A stretch of 64,000 nucleotides of DNA, taken from positions 34,720,001-34,784,000 of the forward strand of contig OZ024740.1 of the NCBI GenBank assembly GCA_964016885.1, read 5' to 3'. The notes below the pieces were generated by a model, which was not told the origin of the DNA, made no database searches, and saw only the letters and a list, made by a program, of their open reading frames with translations. A program made the translations under genes and the position numbers. Numbering within the stretch: position 1 is the first letter of the stretch; every line of letters begins with the position of its first letter. Shown here piece by piece: positions 52,001 to 64,000 of this stretch. The stretch comes from Eledone cirrhosa. Taxonomy: Eukaryota.

Positions 52001-54909
52001 GGTCGACCATACAGATCACAAACTTGTAATCTGAATAGGCGACCGTTTCAAAACGTGGACAGCTTACACTATTTCTGTCTATTTTCCTAATGAATATCCT
52101 GTCTATATACGATCTAGATGACCCTATGCGGTTAGCCCAGGTCCACACTGGCGCATTAGGGAAATCTCGTCGGTACCTGTCAGACAGTTGGAACTGGCTG
52201 ATCAGGTTCTTGAGGCTTTTGCACCCCACGCTCCTATCGGATACTCCCACACAGTCCCAGCGTGCGTCTAAGATGCCGTTCCAGTCCCTCGCTAACAGTA
52301 AAGGGCGAGACGTACCCAGAAAGGCTTCCAGGCGTCTAAAGAAGTCCGGCTGTCCTGCCCCAGTAGAAGCATAGACGGCCACCAGTCTAAAGGCACCACC
52401 TTCGTTATTGTTCACGTCCAGGACCACCAACTTCCCGTCCGGGTCCCGGAAGATCGACCTTACCTCGAGATCCAGGCCTTTCCTAAACAGCACTTCCACC
52501 CCGCCTCCCATTCCCGGCTGGCTAACAGATGCAAAGATCTGATAGTCGTCGAAAATGGGGACTAGTGCGCGCGTGTCGGAAATCCTGGTCTCGCTGACTG
52601 CAATTACATCCATTTCTATAGACCTGAGGTCGTTGAGCAGGTGACCCTGCTTCCAGGACGATCCCAGGCCTCGAACATTTAAACATCCTACTCTTAATAC
52701 GGCCAAGTTGGCAGGTTAAACAGAGAGAGAGGAAGGTTTACTTACCTTCCGGGCTCTTGTGAAGGTCGCGTTGTTCGACCTCCATAGTTAGTGGGATTTC
52801 TTTTGGGAACCCCTTTAAAAGTCTTGAAGTGGGTTTTACGTTCGGAGTTCCCACGTCCCGAGGAAAGCTGTCTCGTATTTCTTTGAATATGTCGAGCGAC
52901 ATTCGCACCAGAAATGTGCTCGATTTAAAAATTTCCCCCTCTTTTTGTATATTTTCACTTCGTGCTACGAGGGCCATCAGTTCCTTGTTGGCCCTCCTGA
53001 CAAGCACGAAGTTTTGTATGTTTTGTTGGTGTGATTTTATTTGTTTTCGTGGCTGTGGTGGTGATGGTTTTGGTGGTGTTGTTTCGGTTGTATCTGTGTT
53101 TGTTGTGAGAGCGGAGTCTCTGGTTTCAGATGTTTGTATGTATATTTGTTCTTGCGTCTGTTTCGGTTGTTTGTGCTTGGGGAATTCTGGTGATAGTGAT
53201 GGTGGTGTTGATGTTGGTGTTATTGGAGAGATGTTTGCGTGGGTGGTGTCTGCGTTTTTTATTATGCTTGCTTTTGTGCTTTGTTGAGTTTTTTTTTTCT
53301 TTTTGTGTTTCCTTTTTTGTATTTTGGGGGATTTTGGATTTCCCTCATTTTCACTACTGGTAGATGAGGGGTCTGTGTCTGTATGTGTGTCTGTATGTAT
53401 GTTTATGGTTTTATTGGTGTGTGTATTTGGGGGGGGGGGGGATTTGACAGCTTTCCTCGTTTCCCACCTGGGTGGTCAATGTTGGTGGTGGTCTTTCTAT
53501 TGGTGTTGTTGTTGGTGGTGGTTTTGCCGGTGCTGGTGTTGGTTGTGGTCCTCGCCCCGGCGTCGGCAGCAGTGGAGCCTTTCGACCCCTTGCCTCTTTC
53601 AGCAGTTGAGGGCAGAAGGCTCGCAAATGGGTTTTTTCCCCACAAACAAAACAATGCGGCCTTTTACCTTCGGTCATAATGTGAATGACCGTCCCATTCT
53701 GAAGGCGGACGTGGTCCGGGATTGTCTTCACATTCTCGGGCCTGATCTAGAGAAGGATCTCCAGGTCAACCCCGGATCAGTCCTCTCTGGCCGTTCTGGT
53801 CACTTCTATAGGGACGGTATCCGTCCCCTCCACAATCACACATCCCAGAAGCCATCACATGTCAAGTCCTGGTGGGATTCTGGGAATGCGGAGACGGGCC
53901 GTTCTTTTTCCCATATGGGAGGGGTACATTATGACCTTGCTGGTTTTGCAAGGAGTCATAGCGTGTTTCATAGCGAGGGCTTCTGACTTGAACAACACCG
54001 AAATCGTGCCGTACTGTCTGCTCCTCTCTATGTACTGGGTGTCTTCTCTGATGCACCTCAGCGCGACTTCGACATCTGCTTGTGGGATTAAAGCTGCCCT
54101 TTTGGTTTGTGCTGAGGTGCATCTATAATGCACCGTTCTGCGCTCCACTGCCTCAATAGCTTCTACCGGGACAGTTAAGTTGGCCCAGGTTTGCTCTTGC
54201 TTGATGAGCCTCCATGCCTGCGCCAACTTTTCATCTTTGTTTGAGAGGTCCATGTTGAAGCCTGGCCTCTTTTTTGCTGCTGCCGCAGCGAAAGTGTTCT
54301 TCTTGTTTTCGTTGGGGGTGTTGTGGTCGTTATCGTTGTTCTTGTTGGTGTTGTTGTTAGCACTGTCGCTGTTATCATTGTTGTCTTTGTTGCCAACGTT
54401 GTTCTCGGTGCAGTTGGTATTGTTGCTGTTGGTGTTGTCGCTATTTGTTTTCATGTTGGTGGTGTTGATATTGTTGTTGTATTTGTTATTTTTTTTTTTG
54501 TTATCTGTATTTTAGTTGTCGCTGTTACTGTCATTTTTTTCAAAATTAGAGTTCTCATTGGTATCATTGGTGTCTTTGTTTACATTGTTTGTGGTGGTGT
54601 TTGTGTTATCAATTTGTGTTAATTTCGCTGTAGCGATCCTCTCAACTTCCACGTCGTTGTCGCACGACAGCAAACATATCGCTGGGGGGCGTGGCTCAGC
54701 CATGTTTTTTTTTTCTCCGTAAATGTTTTAACATGTAAAAAAAATTCAAATATTTGGGCCAAATTGCCCAAATATTATACTTTCCCCTTCACAGGGCAAA
54801 GTCTAAGGGCTTATATCCCTTACACAACGAGAAATATTTAACAACAAATAATTGTAACAGGCAAATAAAGTGACTTACTGGGAGCCAGCAAAATACGTCC
54901 GCTTAGACC
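49015..54909 (-). mobile_element. Apparently full-length L1/Tx1-type LINE family B (ORF1 gag-like with zinc knuckle; ORF2 APE-RT-Cys), inactivated by frameshifts
   Basis: ORF1 pieces 54703-52738 with CFVCGEKTHLRAFC; APE 51837-52706 (CLNVRGL, VSET, SYIDRIF, YWKLN); RT with RQGCPLS and AYADD; (TAG)n at 48924-49003 on its 3' side. Confidence 0.95.
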
Positions 54910-54936
54910 AATAATAATAATAATAATAATAATAAT

Positions 54937-57900
54937 GCTTTCTTTATTAACCACAAGGGTTTACACAAAGTAGACATTAAGGACAAACGGGCATTTCTGC
55001 GTGTAAAAAACAACAAAAAAACAGAGGATGTAATAAAAGAACAATGAAAAATTACCCAATATGGGGGGGGGGGGAGACTTCCGAGGGCCATCGTGGAGAA
55101 AGCCCATTAAAAAAAGCCACGGTGACCCTGACCACCAGGGCAAGTGTCCTCTCCCAGTTTTCCACCCTTCAATGTACAGGCATATACTCAGACTAGGTCC
55201 ACTCACTCGGGCCATTCTTGCCTCTCTCACCCATCTTTCAATAAAATGCTGGGAAGAGAGCACCTCCCTCTATACCCTGATTTTCCTTTTCAAATGAAAT
55301 TGGAAAAAGTTAATCAGGGCATCACCGAAGAGGTAAGTGCTCGTCTTCAGCCCTTTCAGACGCGTCCACCATACTATCTCTTTCACCATGGCCACCAGAC
55401 AGATAAAAACTGCCTGCCATTCCCGGCTAAAGGAGGAGGGCGGGGCAATCCTCTCGATGGACATCCTCACGATGGACTCAGCTGATAGTCGGATCCGTTC
55501 TACACGCGACAGCAGGTGTTCGACATAAACCCACAAGTCAGCAATGCTCGGACACTGGACGAGTGCATGCAGGACGGTTTCATCGCCCTGCGCGCATCTC
55601 GGACATGCCCGGCTGACGGCACCTCCATGCCTGTAGAGTTTATCCCGAACTGGCAAAGCTCCTCGGTAGCACTGCCAGGCCAGGGATTTCTGGAAGTTGT
55701 CCATAGGCCCCGGCCCGAAAGTTCTTCCAAAGAGATTGGCTAGTTGATTTTCGTCGACGCCTAGAGTTTCCCCAAGTACGTCGTCGCTCTTCCCCTCCAC
55801 TAATCCTCTATAGAACGCCAAGGTGGAGTTTCCACCGATCACATTGCCCGATTGGTCGAGGGCTGTGAGCGCCTGAAGACATTCCAGTCTCCAAGCGCTC
55901 CCTCTCGGTCTTCGCTTGACCCAGAACTGCAGCTCCGTCAAGGGGATGAGCTGGGGAAAGACGCGTCTAGCAAACGGCGACCACACCTGATCACCGTCGA
56001 GGGAGAGGTGGAGATGTCGTAGCCTGAGCGCGTGTCTGCGCATCATCAGCCACGGCATGCCCAGCCCTCCATGTAGCGGGTGTTGACAGAGGATGGACCG
56101 CCTGACCATCGGAGCGCGTCTCTTCCACAAAAGGCGAAAGAGCAAACGCTCCAGCGCAGTCAGGCGAGGCTTAGGACAAGGCACAACGGTCAGGCGGTAG
56201 TAGATGACGGACGCGATGTACGCGTTCGCCACCTCCGCTTGACCTTTCAGGGGTAGCTTCTTCTCTGCCCATTTCTGGGGGAGAGAAGCCATCCTGCTCG
56301 TCACCTCGTCCCAGATTTTGTCCGTCTGGAGGTCCGGACCGAACCAGACCCCTAGCAATTTAACCAGTCCGTCCGTCCAGCGCCCGACGACGCTGTTGGA
56401 CGGCATGGACCTGCCTCTCCAGGTGCCGAGCTGCAGTCCCACCGACTTTTCCTGGTTGATCATTGCTCCTGTCGTCGCTTCGTATTCTCTTAGTGTAATG
56501 CCGATCGCCTCGATGTGATTGGCGTTCGACACCACTACTGTAACATCGTCCGCATATGCTGACACGGATCTTCCGCTTCCTAGTTCGCGCGGGATCCCCC
56601 TCAACGTCTCCAGTTTGTGCAGTAATGGCTCGAGAGTCAATACGTACAAGCGGGACGAGAGGGGCATCATTGGCGAACCGAGCGCATGATGTTGAACGGT
56701 TCCGAAAGGTGACCGTTCACTCTCACCACAGAGCAGATGTCGCTGTGCATGGCAGTGACCCTGCCTCTGAAGACGGGCCCAAAGCCAGCTGCCCTCAAGA
56801 CTGCCGCCAGATAACGATGGTCGACCCTATCAAGGACCCACCCGTGCCAGGTTCCCTAAGTACCCTCTCCACGATGTATCGCATGAGGTGGAGGTTGTCG
56901 TGGATGGATCTGTCGGGAATGGCGCATGTGTGCGCCTCTCCCACCAGACCACCAACGACAAGCGCCAACCTCTTTGTAGCACCTTGGCCAAAATCTTGAA
57001 CTCTGTGTTTAGCAGAGTTATGGGCCTGAAATTATCTATGTTATCCCCCTTGTTCGGATGCTTTCTCAGCAGCACCACCGCTCCTCGGCTCACAGAGCTG
57101 GGAATTCTCCCGTACTGTTACCAGTCTGGCATGTGTACGTAAAGTTCGTAGGGCAGACCATCCAAACCAGGCGATTTACCCCTTGTGCTGCCATTCATTG
57201 CCTCCCGTACTTCAGCGGCTTTTATCGGCTTTTCGCAACACTCCGCCTCAGTGACCGAGAGCCGCAGCAGTCCGTCGAGGTAGGCACTAAAGTCCATCCC
57301 GCGATCTGGCCCGCCGCTGCCCCCGAACAGCTGAACGAAGTGTCGCTGAAAAGCTTAACATATTTGCCCGGGATCGAGTAGCATGCGCCCGTCGTGGTCC
57401 ACCAAAGACCGGATCGTGGCTTTGTTGCCACGACGCGCCTCCGCCACTCGGGCCCATTGAACAGCTTTCATCCCCTCGTGTCTGAAAACACACACCCTAG
57501 CTCTGACAACGCAGCCTTCGTGCTTTGCATTGAAGAATTGGTCGAGGGCCAATTTCGCCGCAAGCACGTCGGTCGCGATGCCTTTACTAAGCGCCTCGTC
57601 TAATTTTCTAACTAGTTCTCCCTCTGCTCTATTTTTCTCTATTGCTCACGCCTTACTAAACCTAATGGACTCTATTCTAATCGCTCTTTTCAGAGCAAAC
57701 CACCATTTGTTGTTGACGATGGCCCCCGTCAACGCCCGCTTAACTAGTTCGCTGATCTGGTCCCTGTAGGCCTTGCGCGCTGTTAACGACGTGTTTAACT
57801 TCCAGTAGCCGGATCCTTGTCTCTGAAGCCTATCTAAGTCAACCTCACAGATCACGAATTTGTGGTCCGTGTACTCGACTATTTCGAATTGTGTACAGCC

Positions 57901-57971
57901 TATGCTAGACCTATCTATTTCCCTACAAAATACTCTATCTAGATACAATCTGGATGACCCGATTCGCTTAG
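54937..57971 (-). mobile_element. L1/Tx1-type LINE family A, 5'-truncated within APE
   Basis: Near-identical to 18454-21391; ORF 55270-56670 with AYADD; (AAT)n at 54910-54936. Confidence 0.94.
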
Positions 57972-57983
57972 GGTTAGGGTTAG
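57968..57983 (+). repeat. Short interstitial telomeric repeat TTAGGGTTAGGGTTAG
   Basis: Direct reading, exactly at the LINE truncation point. Confidence 0.85.
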
Positions 57984-58355
57984 TGTAAGCCTATCGTTCA
58001 AGCGTTGACTAAAAACTATCTCTTCGCCATCTTTTTCTCCCCTCACACACTCTGTCTGCCTGTCTGACTATCTTTCCTCTCTCTCTCTCCCTCCCTCTCT
58101 CTCTCTCTTTCTCTCTCTATTTTTTTTTAGGATCCCTGCGACTGAAGTCTATTTCTCGTCGTATTTGTGTGGAATGAATATGTAAACGATAGTGAAAGAA
58201 CAGCTTACAAGATATTTTTCTCAACATGGTTAATGGAGTTTTCGAGTATGGTAAAAGGTTCCAAGAATTCACAGAGTAATTTAGTATAAAGTATTATATT
58301 AGGAAAAACAGGCAAGGAGTGAAGAAAAATCTAAAGAGAAATTAATTTGATCAAA

Positions 58356-58472
58356 TAATCTAACACGCGTTTCATTACCGATTATATAATCATCTACGAG
58401 GGCTGTATAGGAATATTTTTTTCTATTCACTCATTCTCATTATGTCCACATTCGGAAAATCTTCAGAGATTA
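58356..58472 (-). ncRNA. Hammerhead motif with a long stem II insert, probably from a decayed Penelope-like element (58300-59100)
   Basis: Minus strand TAATCT-CTGAAGA...GAAAC-GCGT-GTT^AGATTA. Confidence 0.6.
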
Positions 58473-59199
58473 ATGAAATAATAAATAAATAATTTTTGAG
58501 GTATGTTTGTGTGGAAAGGGAAGGAGGAGGAAGTAAAGTAGATAGTAACCAATGGGCTTCAAGTATTCATAATATAGCTAGAATGCCATTGGCTGAGAGG
58601 AATTTATTCTATAGATCAAAGAGGACTATTTTAGAAAATGGATTGGCTGTTGACACCAAAAGAAGCCAGACGTGAAAATCATTTGGTTTTAGCTGTTTGA
58701 TTGTTTTATGGGTTAAGATGAGAAGTGACCATTAGAGATAAAAAGGAATTTTCGTGATCGTAAGATTGAAATACTATATTTGGCGCCAGTCTTCTTTGTC
58801 ATAAAAGCAGTCATAGGAAAATGTATTTAGAGTTGTGAGATCAAATCATAGGTTAGCTTGGACTATATCTAGAGAACGTTTTTAGGTATTTATGTTTACA
58901 ATTAAATATTGTAGCTGTGTGGAAATATCATCAATATAACATCAAATATAGCAAAATCCTGCTGTTCTTACATCGTAGGTTATGTAGTTGATGTTGTTAT
59001 AAAGTACACTGAGTTTCAAAAATTCATTGAAAATCATAGGGGAGGGAAGATTCTCTGAGCGGAGTTTGAGCGGGACTTTGCTGTTGGACAGTTCCATTTT
59101 GCAGTGTTATGAATAAAGGAATAATAATGAGCATTGGGACGGGGTGGGGGACTCTCTAGTCTTGAATGACAACCATTCTAGGAGGCGGAAATTTCAAAA

Positions 59200-60680
59200 T
59201 CAAACCAGGATTACTGGAGTCCTTTATCTTTGGGTGTCACGAACAAAATACCTGTTGACGGAAACCATACTCACCCTCCCCCCCTCAAATTTGAGAGAAA
59301 AAGGAAAAATACAGATGAAGTAAAAAATAACGATGTGAGTGATATAGGAACCATCAATGGTGAAGGTGCCATGTCCAGCAAATGTCCCGCTGTGCAGCAG
59401 GGTGGGCATGTTCGCCAACCAACAGCTGCTAGCCAACAAGCAAGACTGAGCTGGAGCAAACAAGCGAATGTTATAGTCATGAAGTGCTACTATATGAGTA
59501 ACCTTGTTAATGATAATGGAAGAGCAATCAGAATATAAAAACAAATAATTCACAATGGAAGGAAAGGGTAATATTTGAAACAACTGAACAGCGAATATGC
59601 GACCAAATTAGAGAGATTCGAAAGAAAGGGTGATGACAAGTAGAGTAATGACAAGTAGAGTGAAAGGTCTGAAGAAGCTGAAAACGAAGAAGGAAATGTG
59701 TCAAATGAAGGGACTGTTTATTATGTGACACATGAGGAGGCAGTCCACAGTGCGATGAATGTACTTGAAGAAGAAAACCTTATACAGAAACAGAAGACAT
59801 TGTATGGCAGGATAATAGCAAAACTAAGAGAAAAGGACAATGACTATATCTGTAGCCTACGGAAGGTCGATCAATGGAACTTAAACCAGGAGACAATGAA
59901 AGTTCTGAAGAACAAGTAATATTAATGCGGCCAACAATTTGTTCACGAATCAAAAACACACTGAGACATGGTGGAAAAGTCGAATACAGCAAAGCATTAG
60001 CATTAAACACTTGTGAAATATATTTCAGTACTAGACATAAAAATCAAAGACAAACTTAGGAATGAGCAGAAGTTTGATAGACTGAAGAGAAAATATGAAA
60101 TTGAAAGAAATGTTAAACACAAGATTGACAACTCAGCTGAAACAGAAAAGTGTAGGATATGTGGAAAAAACTGTGTGGTATATCATCAACCAGTGAACAA
60201 AGCTGGCACAGAAAGAATACAAGCGATGCCATAATAACGTAGCAAAAATTATTCATTGGCAGTTATGTGGAAAATACGGCTTTGAACTCAAACCAGATGT
60301 AGAAAATAAGCATGTCAAGATTTTATGGAACTTTATGATCCAATGTTACCATGGAATTGAACATCGCAAACCTGATATTGTGGTGATCAACAAAGTTAAC
60401 AAACAATGTTTCTGGATGTGGCTTGTCCCACTGACAAGGTTTGTGACAAAGAATTAAAGAAGATTGAGAGATATGAACCACTAGTATGAGAGAAAAAACA
60501 TTTGTGAGCAATGAAAAAGGTTGAGGTGATCCCAGTTATAATCGGGACCCTTAGTACTCTATACAACAGAATTGAAAGCTATTTATAAAAAAAATGGAAC
60601 CAAAATCAGGGTGAAGCCCTTGCAGAAAACAACACTCCTTGGAACTGCTAGAATACGCAGAAAAATGCTTGACAACTCAA
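59200..60680 (+). mobile_element. Highly degraded R4/Dong-like element with internal deletions
   Basis: EKCRICGK, IHWQLCGKYG, EHRKPDIVVI, LQKTTLLGTARIRRK. Confidence 0.7.
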
Positions 60681-60993
60681 GGTGTCACTTTAGTCCATTA
60701 ATTATGGACAGCTGGCACCAGTATTATTTCAGCAGCTACAAATGCCGTGCGATAAGCAGAAAACAACAACAGCAACAATACTGATTTAGGCACGAAGCCA
60801 CCAATTTTTGGGGCAGGGGAAATTCGATTAAATCGACCCCAGTGCGTAACTGGTACTTTATTTTATAGATCTTATAAAGATGAAAGGGAAAGCTAACCTC
60901 AGCGGGAATTGAACTCAAAATGTAATATGTTTTATATATAACAATACCAACAATAAGAGCTCGCAGTCGTTTTTTAATTTAATCCTGTACATA

Positions 60994-61180
60994 TAATTGT
61001 TTCTACTTTAGGCACAAGGCCAGCAATTACCCAGTGCATTACTGGTACTTTATTTTATCGACCCCGTAAGGATGAAAGGCAAAGTCAACCTCGGCGGGAT
61101 TTGAACTCAGATCATAAAGGGACATAACTATGCTGGAAAGCATGGCGCCCGACCCTCTACCAATACTGCCAATCCACTAC
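60994..61180 (-). mobile_element. tRNA-derived SINE with target-site duplication (other copies 45845-46000, 48711-48915, 60781-60922, 62877-63080)
   Basis: cctgtacatataat at 60984-60997 and 61180-61193. Confidence 0.88.
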
Positions 61181-63174
61181 CTGTACATATAATGATCTGT
61201 GTTTAATCCTGTACATATAATGATCTGTGTTTAGCTCCTCTGTCAGTGTTTTAAATAAATTTGTTTCTTTCTTCCTTTCTCTTGGAACCTGTTGTCATAT
61301 ATGTCTGCTTTCGCCTTCTACCTCCTTTTCTCTTCCTGTGTGTAAATATTAACAATTCTCATTACATAACCTTTTGTCACTGTTCTGAATAACCTTATCT
61401 CATTAACCTGTTTTCACTGAGTTACGCAACCCGCTCAACACTAATAATGCCCAGTGTTACATCACCCTTCGTCGCTCCGCAGTCCTTCATACTACAAGGT
61501 GCAAATCGCCGCCACTCATGTGACACACAATCGGCGGGAAGAACTATAACAATTTGTTCTCTCATGCGTCATGCTTACGAGACATTTTGGAATTCCTGAG
61601 CCGGTAGTACTGCCTACATCACCACAATAGGGATTCAGCCACACTGGCCCCGTGTGAGATTTTTACAGCAACCTTTTGCTCTCATAGTCGTATAAAGAGT
61701 GCATCAAGATCCATAAAGCTGTCGACAGTTGACTAAGTCGATAACTTCGACAGTCCACGAAATTGAAACCGTCTTTTCTGCTTCGCTACACTCTATTCTC
61801 ACCCCGACTTACCCCAACTCACTCCGAGGTACGCTACTTCCATTCAAGAGTTCCTGGAGCCGAAATGAATTGATCTGGTGAGTGTGACCGACAGATTGTG
61901 TCTTATAGATTCCCACTCTGCGCTCTTTCCTATCAAGAATTGTTTCGTTCTCTCTAAACTACTATTTTCACTGTGGTGTGCACTTTGTTAATCCCACGCA
62001 GGACACATCGGCAAACTAAATAACACAATTCGTCTATGTTCTGAACCCACCCACGACGTTAGTTCCAACAACATAGGCTCGCTCAAATTCCCACATGGCA
62101 TTGTCAGCCGCCAGCCCATTATTCTCTCATTATCTGTGACCATTCTCACGTCCACAAAAAGCTTTTCCTTAACACAGACGTCACATAAAGTTGGCCGAGA
62201 TGTCGAGCCGTTATTTTCTGTCTTTACTGTCGTTGCTATCTGGGTTAACCATGACCTCTCTCATGACCAATGCGACTAGGCGATGTCAGAAGCTCAGCCA
62301 GAGCAAGGTTGACTTACCTCTATCAAGATCGCATCACCCACTTTCGGCTTGCCTCACATCCAATCAGCGGCTCGTGGCTCAATTCGGTACCTTCCTTCAC
62401 CAACTGGTTCCTTTCTTGATGAAGAGTGTACTCGCATAGAATTTGCACTGAGCCTGTCGGCGTCGGTCGCGGTTACAGTAGACGCCCAGACGAGATCATT
62501 CTTTTTCTGCTTGAGCAGGGTAGGACAGACACAACGTGTTGTGACAATTTCTCCGGTGCCAAACTCATTGCATCCATCACAAACCAGGGCACTCGCAACG
62601 TTCCAAACAGTTATTTTCCTCTGCCAAATCAAGATGATGGCATCATGCCTGAGGAAGGAGCCCCATGAGGATATCGCTGGCTGTTTTCCGAGGCAACGCC
62701 TTCGCCATGTCGTTCGCGGACCGCAGCTAAGACATTGTCCTGCCAAACGTGTAGTGTTCGCCCTCTCTTCCAATTTCTTCCCTTTTTTACTCTTATATTT
62801 TAGTTATATTTTTATAGAGATAAAAAATAGTAGTTTTGAAATGAAAAGGTTTCAACTAATCATCTAAACAGTGTATATTCTAATTTAGGTACAAGGCAAG
62901 CAAATTTTGAGGGAAGAGCATAGTTTATGAAATCTACTCCAGTACAATATGTTATCAACCCTGGAAGGAGGAAAGGCAAAGTTGACCTCAGTGGGATTTG
63001 AACACAGAGAGCAGAGTGCCAGAAGGAATACCATAAAACATTCTATCCAACGTTCTAACGACTCTGCCAATTCGCTGCCTAAGAGAAGGAATAGTGATAT
63101 CAAAATTGCTGTGTTTTAGTAACCACGGAAGGATGAAAGACGAAGTAATGCTTCAAGTGATTTGAAAATAAAAG

Positions 63175-63306
63175 GGTAGTGTCTGTCTGTCTGTCTCTGA
63201 TAAAGTACTGTGGTAGTGTCTGTCTCTCTCTCTCTCTCTCTAGATAAAGTACTGTGGTAGTGTCTGTCTGTCTCTCTCTCTCTCTCTAGATAAAGTACTG
63301 TGGTAG

Positions 63307-63342
<36 letters not shown>

Positions 63343-63360
63343 GATAAAGTACTGTGGTAG

Positions 63361-63412
<52 letters not shown>

Positions 63413-63430
63413 GATAAAGTACTGTGGTAG

Positions 63431-63479
<49 letters not shown>

Positions 63480-63494
63480 AAAGTACTGTGGTAG

Positions 63495-63532
<38 letters not shown>

Positions 63533-63594
63533 GATAAAGTACTGTGGTAGTGTCTGTCTGTCTCTCTCTCTCTCTAGATAAAGTACTGTGGTAG

Positions 63595-63650
<56 letters not shown>

Positions 63651-63718
63651 GATAAAGTACTGTGGTAGTGTCTGCCTGTCTCTCTCTATCTCTCTCTCTA
63701 GATAAAGTACTGTGGTAG

Positions 63719-63751
<33 letters not shown>

Positions 63752-63772
63752 AGATAAAGTACTGTGGTAGTG

Positions 63773-63818
<46 letters not shown>

Positions 63819-63886
63819 GATAAAGTACTGTGGTAGTGTCTGCCTGTCTCTCTCTCTCTCTCTCTCTAGATAAAGTACTGTGGTAG

Positions 63887-63921
<35 letters not shown>

Positions 63922-64000
63922 AGATAAAGTACTGTGGTAGTGTCTGCCTGTCTCTCTCTATCTCTCTCTCTAGATAAAGTACTGTGGTAGTGTCTGTCTC
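63175..64000. repeat. Compound minisatellite: constant TAGATAAAGTACTGTGGTAGTGTCTG plus variable (TC)n; about 15 units, runs off the window
   Basis: Direct reading. Confidence 0.95.

Noticed and set aside
52700-52710. Non-AUG (TTG) start of Tx1 ORF2
   Set aside because: The sister copy has ATA at this position (~31465); both are single-step decays of ATG in dead copies
63175-64000. CRISPR-like repeat/spacer appearance
   Set aside because: Spacers are only (TC)n microsatellite of varying length

Overview
This is AT-rich, repeat-dense animal genomic DNA. The tRNA-derived SINE families and microsatellite load suggest an octopod/coleoid cephalopod (inference). The only host gene is the 3' half of an ABCB1/P-glycoprotein-like ABC transporter on the + strand. 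It has seven GT-AG exons (6459-38004) that are invisible in the ORF track, and their sizes (101, 141, 157, 198, 207, 147, terminal) match vertebrate ABCB1. The introns and downstream region hold: (i) a 9-kb satellite of 71-bp units with higher-order structure that fills almost a whole intron; (ii) R4/Dong-type (RT + restriction-like endonuclease) and L1/Tx1-type LINEs clustered on (TAA)n tracts in opposite orientations, in tandem and head-to-head fusions; (iii) RTE, CRE-like, mariner, piggyBac-MITE and Helitron remnants and many SINEs; (iv) a cluster of fold-back elements carrying hammerhead ribozyme motifs (Penelope-like) around the last intron and 3' end of the gene. The most notable observations are the palindrome-caged hammerheads, a telomerase-register GGTTAG addition at a LINE truncation point, two Tx1/Dong head-to-head chimeras, and the structured intronic satellite.
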